This document shows, piece after piece, positions 53,405-64,000 of a stretch of 64,000 nucleotides of DNA. The position numbers were made by a program, and so were the translations under genes. The notes under the pieces are model-generated. The model searched no databases and was not told where the DNA came from. It saw only the letters and a program-made list of their open reading frames with translations. Numbering within the stretch: the first letter of the stretch is position 1; every line of letters starts with the position of its first letter. Origin of the DNA: Octopus vulgaris (lineage: Eukaryota); NCBI GenBank assembly GCA_951406725.2, contig OX597838.1, positions 43,028,001 to 43,092,000 of the forward strand. Direction: 5' to 3'.

Positions 53405-53772
53405 TAGCAGTATTGCCCGGTGTTGCTCGGGTTTGTTTCGACCCTTTAGAATTGGGATTTTTGAAAAGTAAAAATTTTGGATTATGTAGCTTGTTATTCT
53501 CTTTAAGTGAACATTTTACTGGTTGAAATACACCGAAAAATGGCGACACAGCAGTCAAAAGGGATTTTCATAGAAAAAAAGCACATTTTTTCATGTAAAT
53601 AATTTTTGGTGTTAACATGGTCCGATTTGAATTTCTTTTTCTACAGAAAGAAGAGCAAGCCTTCTTCCATCATACTTTCAGTTTTGGTCAACTTGCGCCG
53701 CAGGGTCTGAGGAGATAGTGTTAGTTGAAGGCTACCAAACCTGCCATACGCAGACAACTTCAGCTTTATATA
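53403..53772 (+). mobile_element. Non-autonomous Helitron/DINE-like element
   Basis: ACTAGCAGTATTGCCCGGTGTTGCTCGGG ... CAGACAACTTCAGCTTTATATA; shares its 5' end with 36240. Confidence 0.6.
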
Positions 53773-54595
53773 TATATATATGTGTGCACATATTCTTAAT
53801 AATTGGTACGACTCTCTGTTTGTCTCTCTCTCTCTCTCATTTTTACTTGATCTGTCCCCCTCTCTCTCTTTTCTCTCTACTCATCCTCTTTTTCTCTTCT
53901 CTTTCCTCTGATTCTTTGGTCTAGTCTTCCACTACCCTCCTATTTCTTTGTCTCGCTCTGCACTCACAGGTCATTCTTCGACACCCATCCCTTCTCCTCT
54001 CTGATTCCTTCTTTCTCTCTCTTCTCTCTCTTTGTTGCGTTTGTCCCTCCTCTCTCTCTCTCCTCTCTCTCTCTCTTCCTTTGCTTCTCTTTCTTTTCTT
54101 TTCCCTCTTCTCTGTCACGTGACTGTTGGCCGAAATCTGCCTTTCAGCTTCTGACCCTCGTCGTGTTAACATCGCTGTTTTCGTCCGCCACTATAAAGGC
54201 TTTTTCCATTGCGCCAGAGAAAAAATTTGTTTGCTTGTTATCAGTCGTAAGACACTGTTGTTTTCACCGTTAATGCTTCTGTATTTCATGTTTCTGTATT
54301 CCATTATTGTTTTTTGTTTTTTTATATCTGTCCCTTTTGCTGTCCTGGTGTTCGTATGCATTCGATCCTTCTTCCAGGAAATCTACGCTTCCAGCTTAGT
54401 TTTTCTAATGCTCGTTGCTTAGTTTTTCTTGGAGGGCTGGCCGTGATCTAGTAATCTCAAGATTAATCAGCCGAAATTACTACGATGATCCGGTTCTTGA
54501 CTGAAGACTGAGGGTTTCGAATGTCCTGTCCGTGTTTATTGTATCGTCTTCTAAGAGTTATACGTTCTTGTCCATGTTGTATTTTTCTACATACC

Positions 54596-54638
<43 letters not shown>

Positions 54639-54856
54639 GCAAATACATATATCCCTTTGTTAACTTGACTAAGTGTGTCACCTGTACACCAGTGAATCAG
54701 TGAATATGTATGTATGTATGTTTGTATGCATAAACACACACACACGACTATTACACAACACTTTTCATTACTTTCTTCCTTTCTTCTATATTTTGTATTT
54801 CATAGAAATATACACATTAAGCATACATCTAATTTATCTGCCTTTCTACTACTTCT

Positions 54857-54933
<77 letters not shown>

Positions 54934-55042
54934 GGCAAATTAAAAACATGAAAAAGACAACATGAGTCAATCAGAAGTACACAATGAATGTACGAGATTA
55001 ATGTTCAGTGAAAGTTTCAGATGGAAAAATAGGAGGGGAAAT

Positions 55043-55069
55043 GATATTTCGAGCATGGCTCTTCATCAG
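55043..55069 (-). ncRNA. Hammerhead-like core in pLTR-like remnant
   Basis: CTGATGA-A-GAGC-CAT-GCTC-GAAA-TA-TC: intact core boxes and stem II; stem I weak. Confidence 0.5.
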
Positions 55070-55577
55070 AAAGAGGGAAATGTCCAGGGGGAGTGGAAAA
55101 GGAAGAGAGAGCAGAGTGTCTGAAAAATTCACAGGAGTTGTTAAATGGCTGAAAAATAAGACTGGAAATTAGAGAGTTATAGGGAATGTAGTTTCTGAAG
55201 ACAGGAGAGTGCAAAAATGGCCAGTGTGTGTGTGTGTGTGTGTGGAGGGATACTTGTTTGTGTGTATATGTTTTTTTATGTGTAACTGTATGTAGGTTGC
55301 GAGTAGTGTGTTTGTATATCAAGAAGTGCTGCATAGGACGGTAGCATGTGTGTGTGTGTGTGTTTTTATGTGGAAGTGTGTGGGAGATAAAGAAAAGGGA
55401 GTGGACATCAAAGGGAAAAAAAAGCTCACAGCTGTTGCCAGAAGGAGTTGGGTGTTAAGTGCAAACGGTTTTTTGAGTTCACAGTGGGATGATGCACCTT
55501 CTGTAAGGAGAGTGACTTTACGTGAAGGTGTGCACACAAAACTGTGACGTCATGAGTTAATGGTATTGTGACAGTAG

Positions 55578-55811
55578 AAGGTGGCAAGCTGGTAGAATCG
55601 TTAGCACGTCAGGCGAAATGCTTAGCGGTATTTCGGCTGCCGCTACGTTGTGAGTTCAAATTCCGCCGAGGTCGACTTTGCCTTTCATCCTTTTGGAGTC
55701 AATAAATTAAGTACCAGTTACGCACTGGGGCTCGATGTAATTGACTTAATAATTATGTCTGTCCTTGTTTGTCCCCTCTATGTTTAGCCCCTTGAGGGTA
55801 ATAAAGAAATA
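55578..55811 (+). mobile_element. SINE family C, full length, with 16-bp target-site duplication
   Basis: TSD GGTATTGTGACAGTAG at 55562-55577 and 55812-55827; A box GCTGGTAGAATCG, B box GAGTTCAAATTCC, Meta-like GCCTTTCATCCTTT. Confidence 0.9.
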
Positions 55812-55829
55812 GGTATTGTGACAGTAGTG

Positions 55830-57066
55830 GAAGCCAAACGACTATTCAATATGTCATTGGCGACGGGTGTTATACCTGCAGACTGGAGAACAGCCATAAT
55901 CTGCCCAATTTTCAAGAAAGGGAGCCGCGAAGACCCGCTTAACTACCGACCGGTTTCCCTTACATCAATAATCAGCAAGATGTTCGAAACCATCCTTAAG
56001 AAAAGTATGATGCTCCACCTCCTAAACACAGCCTCTATCTCTGATTCCCAACACGGCTTCGTGCCGAAGAGATCATGCTTGACCAACTTACTAGTAATGG
56101 AAGAATTGGTGACGCGCATCCTCGATGATAGTGATGCTGTTGACATCGTTTTATTGGACTTTGCCAAAGCTTTTGACTCGGTAAACCACCGCCTATTACT
56201 TGTCAAGCTTCAAGCATATAGTTTCCATCCGGATATTGTACGATGGGTTGGTGCCTTCCTCTCAAATTGCTCCTTCCAAGTCCAAGTTAATGGTTCGCGG
56301 TCCGACGTCTCCAGTGCGAGCAGTGGCGTGCCTCAAGGTTCAGTGCTTGGGCCCTTGTTGTTCTTAGTCTTCATAAATGACTTGCCCGACGACCTCACGC
56401 AACACACCCTTCTATTTGCCGACGATATCAAACTGGTCGCTCCTCGCGGTAATATAGAGGATCTTCATCGATGCCTCCACCAAATTTGGAAGTGGTCTAA
56501 CAATTGGGACCTGTGTCTGAACATGTCAAAGTGCTGTCATCTGCCTGTCGGCTCTACTCCTGCAACTCAACTTGATTTCGAGCCGGGTCGTCTGCTGCTG
56601 GAGAGGACCGATCAGGTAAAGGACCTGGGTATCTTGGTGGATTCCTCCTTTTCGCCTTCGGCCCAGTGCGTCCATGCTGCCAACAAAGCACGCGGAATTC
56701 TGTTCTTGATTCTCGACGGTCATTCGGAATGCTCACAGCAGCCATATTCCTACCACTCTATGTCACGCTGGTGAGACCCATATTGGAGTATGGGATTCAA
56801 TCCCATATTGGAGTATGGGATTCTACCTGCGACGATTTCATCTCAATCGAAGGAGAGGAGCTTTCTCCATCCGGGTTGCAGATCCGTGGAACAAGCTGCC
56901 AGACGAGATGGTGAAGATGCCGACGACTGCTTTGTTCAAAGCCTCCCTGGACCTCAAGTGGCCTGAACTCTTTACATGAACACCACCCTGTACTTAACTC
57001 CATGTCCCCCTACATGGCTTTGCTATTTGCTTTTGAGCCAAATTAACTAACTAACTAACTAACTAA
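55830..57066 (+). mobile_element. 5'-truncated CR1/L2-like LINE (RT) with (TAAC)n tail
   Basis: NYRPVSLTS, QHGFVPKRSCLTNLL, LDFAKAFDSVNH, SGVPQGSVLGPLLF, LFADD; frameshift near 56715; tail TAACTAACTAAC at 57044-57066. Confidence 0.92.
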
Positions 57067-59290
57067 GGATCTGTATAGACCCAAAAGATCCCAGTCGTGC
57101 CATAAAAAGAGAACATTGTCCCATGAGAACTGTAGAGGAAATCATGTCATGAATGCCAGGTGCCAAGATGTTTGGATTTTGGCAGAAACAACTTGATGAA
57201 AGCAGTTCCAAGTTGTGTAGCTTCAGCAGATACCGATTCACTCAACTACTTTTTGGAGTGAAGTCGGCACTGGAGGTATTTCAGAGAACAATGTTACAAA
57301 TCCTAGAAGATTTATCTATCACAGAATGTATTATTGATGACATTTTGGTGTTGGGTACAGATGTCCAGCAACATGATGAAAGGCTGCCATGGTGTTCTGA
57401 ACAGAATACAGTCAAGTGGCCTGAAACTGAATGCAGTGAAATGCAAGCTGAGAATGATGGGGGTCACATATGTAGGGCATCTTCTCACTGACATGGGACT
57501 GAAGCCAGATCCTGAAAAGGTGACAGCTATCTGACAAATGCCAGAGCCTGAAAACAAGACAGATCCAATGAGATTCCTTGGTATGATACAGTATCTGGGA
57601 AAGCTTGTGCCAAATCTCTCCTGTGGAATTGCAGCTCCACGAGAGTTCTTGCCAAAGGACATTGCATGGCACTGGGAAGGAAGGCAGCAAACATGTTTCA
57701 AGAATTTGAAACAAAGAGTGACAGAGATTCCAGTGTTACAGTACTTTGATGTTAGAAAGCCAGTAATGTTATCAGTGGATGCAAGCTCCAATGGAGCTAG
57801 GAGCAGTGTTGATGCAAGCTGACAAGCCTGTAGCATTCGCTTTGGGGGTCACTGACAAATGCGCAAAAGAAGTATGTACAGATTGAGAAAGAGATGCTCG
57901 GTATCCCAAATGGATGAGAGAAGTTTCATCAGTACATCTCTGGGAAAACAGTTCAAGAAGAAACTGATCAGAAACCCCTTGAAGTGATATTTCAGAAACC
58001 CTTGATCTTCTCAGAGGTTGCAGAGAATGTTGCTGTGTTGACAGAAGAATGATCTTCAAGTTACCTACAGACCCAGCAAAGAACTGATTGTTGCAGTTTC
58101 CTTGAGCTGGGCATATCTTAAAATCGGTAATGATTGAATGAAACTGAGCGTGATGTGGACTTAATATGACAACTGGCAATGAGCTCAGAAAAGTTGAGCG
58201 AATGAGCCACAACTGCAACAGCTGAAATCAGTGATTCAGTGTGGATGGCCAGAAAACAGAAATGATGTGTCCAGCAAGAGTGAGAGACTGCGGGAATATT
58301 CGAGGTGGAATGACTTTTGGTGATGATGGCCTCATCTTCAAAGCTGCCAAAGTTGTAGTTCCTGCAACACTACAAACAGAAACGTTGAAAAGAATTTGTG
58401 ATGCTCATTTCGGAGTGACAAAGTGCATACTCAGAGCCAAAGATGCTATCATCTGGCTCGGAATGACTCTACAAATTGAAGATTCTGTATCACGATGTTC
58501 TGTGTGCAATGAGAACAGAAAGAGGAATCCGAAACAACCATTGAAGAGCCATGACATTCCTGACTGACCGTGGACTAAAGTCGGAGCCAACTTGTTTGTG
58601 TACAAGGACAATGACTACCTGGTGTGTGTGTGGACTGTCTCTCAAAGTACCCTGGAATTGTGCAATTGTCTGGCCCATCAAGTAAAATGACAATCACAGC
58701 AGTGAAATCTGTCTTTGCCAGACACAGCATCCCAGGTGAGCTCATGACAGATAACGGACTGCAGTTTACGAGTGCAGAGTTCTGTAACTTTGGTCTAAAA
58801 TCAGAATTCAATCACACAACATCGAGTCTGACACACCCACAATCAAACAGACAAGCTGAGCGATTCAGACAGTAAAAAACCTGCTCAAGAAAACAGAAGC
58901 CAGTGGCTGAGATGTCTACTTAGCTCTACTCGAGTACAGAAATACGCCGGTTGACATGGTCAATCTATCACCAGCTCAAATGCTAATGAGCAGGTGCCTG
59001 AAGAGTCACTTACCTGTGTCTGATGCCTTGCTGAAACCTCAGATACAGGACCAGAAACAGCTACACGATCAGCTGAAAGCAGGTCAAGAACAACAGAAGT
59101 ACGAGTACGACAGAGGCAGTAGAGAGTTGCCTTCCGCGACTCCTGGACAGCAAGTCGGGATTCAAGAAAAGCAGTCACAGAAGAAGCCTGGAGTTATCAA
59201 ATCAGTTGATGATACACCAAGATCCTACAACATAACCATGTCAGATGGAAAACAGTATCGATGAAATTGCCACCGTCTGCGGACAGCTGC
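57067..59290 (+). mobile_element. Decayed Ty3/Gypsy LTR retrotransposon pol (RT-RNaseH-integrase)
   Basis: ICIDPKD, FGVKSALEVFQ, CIIDDILVLG, FLGMIQYLGK, SVDAS, integrase zinc finger H..HFG..C..C, TDNGLQFTSAEF, HPQSN.QAER; many stops and frameshifts; no LTRs identified. Confidence 0.9.
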
Positions 59291-59699
59291 TGAGAATCCA
59301 ACAACTCAACCAAATGGAGAATGTGAAGAGATTGTGAACTGTGATACAGATGAGTCCGAGACTACAGACTCTATCGTTAATCAAACTATGAGATCCAGAG
59401 GAAAAAATCAACATGTCAGAATGATGTCAATATTGGCATCAAGAACTGTTGAATTCGAGAAGTGCTCCATGAAAAGAGTGATTCACGAACCGTGTTAAAT
59501 ATTGAATTTTAAGTTAAACAAGTTCAACTGTGTTAATTACTAGAAAGCATATTTCATTATTCTTTCCAATGAAAAATAAATTAATTTATGGACAGTTAAA
59601 TTTAAAGAAGTTATATTCAGGGACTTTGAAGAAAGTTGCTTTATCAGAATGATAACGAATATATAACTGAGTTTATTTGAAGTTGATAATCTGGGTTCC

Positions 59700-60226
59700 A
59701 AATAGTGCCAGGGAAGGCCATTCAAAGTAGACCTCACACATGGTTCCAGCAAAAGGGGGCAACTGTTCGTACTGCAAGAGAAACAATGCAGTTGCTACGG
59801 CAGGACTTTGGAGAGAGAACAATCTCCCATTACAGCAATGTCAACTGGCCTTCACACTCTTCTGACTAGGACTAGCCTGGATATTTTGTTGGGGGGGATA
59901 ACTGAAAGGGAGGGTTTATGTCAACAACCCAGAGACCCTGGTGCAACTGAAGGAGAACATCAATAGAGAAATCAGAGAAGTAGGGTCTGAAACTCTTGAG
60001 GGTGTCATGGTGCAAGTTTCGGAAGGAGCACGGGCGTGCAAAGCCGAAATTGGCAGCCATTTAAGCAATGTCATTTTCCATATGTGATGTAGTGGTGTTG
60101 CATAATTTGATTTTTGCATATTAATTTTCATTATGTCCTTTATATTGTATTGAAATTTCTTGCATTTAATTGTAAAGTTTAAGGAAGTTATTAAAAATTG
60201 AAACCCATCATTGACATCCGGGACAT
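59700..60226 (+). mobile_element. Tc1/mariner transposase C-terminal remnant and right end
   Basis: NWPSHSSD...[27 protein letters not shown]...[18 protein letters not shown], typical of the WPP.SPDL..D...WG.LK region. Confidence 0.75.
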
Positions 60227-60294
60227 ATATATATGTACATACATGCATATATATACATATATACATATATACATACACATATATATACATACAC

Positions 60295-60359
<65 letters not shown>

Positions 60360-60520
60360 CATATATGTACATACATATATATACATACATATATATACAT
60401 ATATATACATACATATATATACATATATACATACATATATATACATATATATATACATACATATATATATACATATATATACATATATATATAAATACAT
60501 ATATATACATATATATATAC
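60225..60520. repeat. (TA/CA) compound microsatellite; similar tracts at 61062-61414, 61690-61970, 35865-36065 and 36945-37310
   Basis: Directly visible. Confidence 0.97.
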
Positions 60521-60524
60521 ACTC

Positions 60525-60912
60525 TCGGAGTGGTTGGCGTCGGTTACGACGATGAGGGTTCCGGTTGATCCGAATCAACAGAACAACCTGCTCGTGAAAT
60601 TAACGTGTAAGTGGCTGAGCACTCCACAGACACGCGCACCCCTAACGTAGTTCTCGGGGATATTCAGCGTGACATAGCAAGTGACAAGGCCAGCCCCTTG
60701 AAATACAGGTACAACAGAAACAGGAAGCAAGAGTGAGAGAAAGTTGTGGCGAAAGAGTACAGCAGGGATCACCACCATCCCCTGCCGGAGACTCGTGGAG
60801 CTTTTAGGTGTTTTCGCTCTATAAACACTCTCAACGCCTGGTCTGGGAATCGAAACCGCGATCCTATGACCGCGAGTCCACTGCCCTAACCACTGGGCCA
60901 TTGCGCCTCCAC
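60525..60912 (-). mobile_element. tRNA-derived SINE (family B-related head)
   Basis: GTGGAGGCGCAATGGCCCAGTGGTTAGGGCAG...GGTTTCGATTCCC; a related copy lies at 63395-63693. Confidence 0.8.
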
Positions 60913-61076
60913 ATATATATATATATACAGGCTAGAGGACGCCGTGATGGCGTCAGCCCTCCTGGTGACGTTGATGATCGCCTGGGGCTAAATGCATCAG
61001 TAACACCCCCACCGCCCTGCCCTGTCCCTAGCCACATTCAGATGGCTAACGTCCCTTATGTTATATATATATATAA

Positions 61077-61121
<45 letters not shown>

Positions 61122-61268
61122 CATATATATATATACATATATATATACATATATTCATATATATATATACATATATATATATACATATATATACATACAT
61201 ACATATATATATACATACATACATACATATATATACATATATATACATACATACATACATATATATAC

Positions 61269-61308
<40 letters not shown>

Positions 61309-61330
61309 ACATACATATATATATACATAC

Positions 61331-61371
<41 letters not shown>

Positions 61372-61414
61372 CGTATACATACATATATATACATACATAC
61401 ATATATATACATAC

Positions 61415-61688
61415 AATAATAACAAAGGGTAAAATTAATTAATTAAGAAGTAATCAATAATTTCACCAAGTAGAATTCGGCATGAAAAAGGACCATTTCA
61501 TGGTAAACTTAAGTAATACTTAATAAATAGGGTTCAGCAAAGATTTGCTTTACCACAAACTGAAGTTTAGAAATAGCAGCCAAAAAACGTTAGCTATTTC
61601 TTCTACATTAAAAAAAGTTTTTGGCTGCTATTTCTAAACTTCAGTATGTGGTAAAGCAAATGTTTGCTGAACCCTATTTATTAAGTAT
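61415..61688 (-). mobile_element. Fold-back pLTR-like element, same family as 9213-9737
   Basis: Arms 61516-61588 and 61617-61688; terminal AAAGGGTAAAATTAATT..CACCAAGTAGAATTCGGCATG is the reverse complement of the family tail. Confidence 0.75.
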
Positions 61689-61868
61689 ATATACATACAT
61701 ATATATACATACTTATATATATATATACATATATATATATATACATATACATACATACATACATATATAAATATACCTATATATACATACATACATGCGC
61801 ACATATATATATATACATACATACAAATACACACACACACACACATATATATATACATACATACAAAT

Positions 61869-61903
<35 letters not shown>

Positions 61904-61926
61904 AACATGCGTACATATATATTTAT

Positions 61927-61959
<33 letters not shown>

Positions 61960-62373
61960 CACATACATAATAAATGAAAAAATGCATGGTAAATAAACAA
62001 ACGACATAATGTATAGTGAGTGTAAAACTGGACGGGAGACAAACACAGAAGGTCCCTAATTGTTCATCAGTTACCAACCAATTGGTGAAACTCAGCTTCA
62101 TTGGTGTGACACATCGTCCTTATATAGGAATGACACATTACGTTGGCAAATAAACTTTACTGTATCATCATCATCATCATCATTGTTTAACGTCTGCTTT
62201 CCAGGCAAGCATGGGTTGGACAATTTGACTGAGGACTGGTGAACCAGATGGCTGCACCAGGCAGCAATCTTGATTTGGTAGAGTTTCTAAAGCTGGATGC
62301 TCTTCCTAATGCCAACCACTCTGAGAGTGTACTGGGTGCTTTTACGTACCACCAGCATGAGGTCCAGTCAGAC

Positions 62374-62425
<52 letters not shown>

Positions 62426-63394
62426 TCACTTTGATCACTTTGACCAACCAGTCCGTCAGGCGTCCATTTGACACCGCTGGTCACAGCACGCTGTCCACTC
62501 CTCTCTGGATCGCGCCTTTCAAGACCTCCACGACGGTGGAATTACGATATATATATATATATACACATACATATATACACATATATATATACACACACAC
62601 ACCTACATATATATGCATACACATATGTATACATATATACATACAATCACACACATAGAGAGACATGTATGTATCTATGTGTGTATGTATGTGTGTGTGT
62701 ATGTCTGTGTGTATGTACGTATGTATAATACAATTTAATGCAGGTCACTTTTAAACTCAATACAACAACGTTAAGTGAGTGCTATTTAGCGAGCAATTTT
62801 GAATGGCTGGTGAGAGAAGCTCTTGAAGAAATGATATAAAATACTTGACCCTCTTCTTACAGGAATTCTCTCCTCAACAAAGAAATTCTTTGATGTTTAA
62901 GCCAAGAATTTCCTTCCCTAACTGGAGTGGTTGCATCAGGAGGCAACAAATGAGGTCTTGTGTGGTCACTCAACCTCTGAGAAATAACAGCTGAATCTTC
63001 CTAAAATCATACCATACCATGTTGAGGAAGTAAATACACAATGGAGGATATAGTTTGAGGGAGACTAGGCCAGAGAGAGAAAAAATGGATGGGGACGGCA
63101 AGAATGTCTTTGATTGGCATGTTTCAGGATTGACCTTGGGCTAAACAGTAACTGCTTGTCAGCCCTGGTCAAACCGTCCAACCCATGCCAGCATAGACAA
63201 CGGGCATTAAATGATGATGATGATGATGATGATTGTGAAAGTCTCCAAGCGTCTTGCCTCAAGCATTTAGGAACATCATTGCTCCAAAGATTCTGAAAGG
63301 AATGTGAAAAATCCCGAATAAAGAAAAGTCAAACTTGAACGTATTTATGTTTTGAACATAACACACTTGAAAGATCTATTCCCAGTTGTTGTTG

Positions 63395-63693
63395 TTTGTT
63401 CCTTCTCGAGCCATGCCTGGCTCATAAGGGCCGGTTTCCCGGTTTCTTGGCGTATAGGTTCCCCACCCGGACAGGACGCTGGTCCATTGCAGGTGAGCTG
63501 CAAGATGTAGGAGGAAAGAGTAAGAGAAAGTTGTGGCGAAAGAGTTAGCAGAAGTTTGCCATTACCTTCTGCTGGAGCTGCGTGGAGCTTAGGTGATTCG
63601 CTCATAAACACACACATCGCCAGGTCTGCGATTCGAACCAGCAATCCCTCAACTGCAAGTCTGCTGCTCTAACCACTAGGCCCTGTGCCTCCA
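63395..63693 (-). mobile_element. tRNA-derived SINE (family B-related)
   Basis: Head GTGGAGGCACAGGGCCTAGTGGTTAGAGCAG..GGTTCGAATC; V-like CAATGGACCAGCGTCCTGTCCGGGTGG. Confidence 0.8.
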
Positions 63694-63877
63694 CTATTCC
63701 CAGTTCACACTATGATAGACTTGGGCCAATCAAAGTCTTGTGAGTGTATCTCATAGATGGAAACTGGAAGAAGCCTATTGTGTGGAGCCAAGAGTGTTGA
63801 TAGCTTAGAACTTGGGTTGAATGATTCTCTGGAAATACCCGACCTTTAAACCCTACCCTGACCTAACATATATATAT

Positions 63878-64000
63878 ATTCTTTTATTCGTTTCAGTCAT
63901 TTGACTGTGGCCATGGTGGAGCACCACCTTTAGTTGAACAAATCGACCCCAGGACTTATTCTTTTGTAAGCCTAATATTTATTGTATCAGGCTCTTTTGC
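63878..64000 (-). mobile_element. 3' part of SINE family A, running off the window
   Basis: TTTCAGTCATTTGACTGTGGCCATGG...GACCCCAGGACTTATT. Confidence 0.85.

Overview
AT-rich, repeat-dense eukaryotic (animal) genomic DNA. The SINE families and (TA)n load suggest a coleoid cephalopod, probably Octopus (inference). One host gene is recognisable: a single large minus-strand coding exon of an SLC45A3/prostein-like MFS sugar transporter (acceptor 20871, ATG 20716, donor after 19265). Its last exon was not found in the window. The rest is intronic or intergenic DNA filled with tRNA-derived SINEs of at least three families, RTE 3' ends with (GAT)n tails, two CR1/L2-type RT fragments (one still stop-free), a decayed Ty3/Gypsy pol, Tc1/mariner remnants, putative Helitron-like and piggyBac-like non-autonomous elements, and very long microsatellites. 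Nearly all short ORFs in the track are spurious. The most notable signals: (1) a recurring set of minimal type-I hammerhead-ribozyme-like motifs and (TA)n-embedded fold-back insertions resembling Penelope-like pLTRs, including a composite element with a tRNA-like head plus a hammerhead; (2) a 5x fixed-spacing CCAAT/CRE + TATA promoter cassette antisense to SLC45A3; (3) an upstream ORF separated from the SLC45A3 ORF by one in-frame TGA; (4) local inverted templated duplications.
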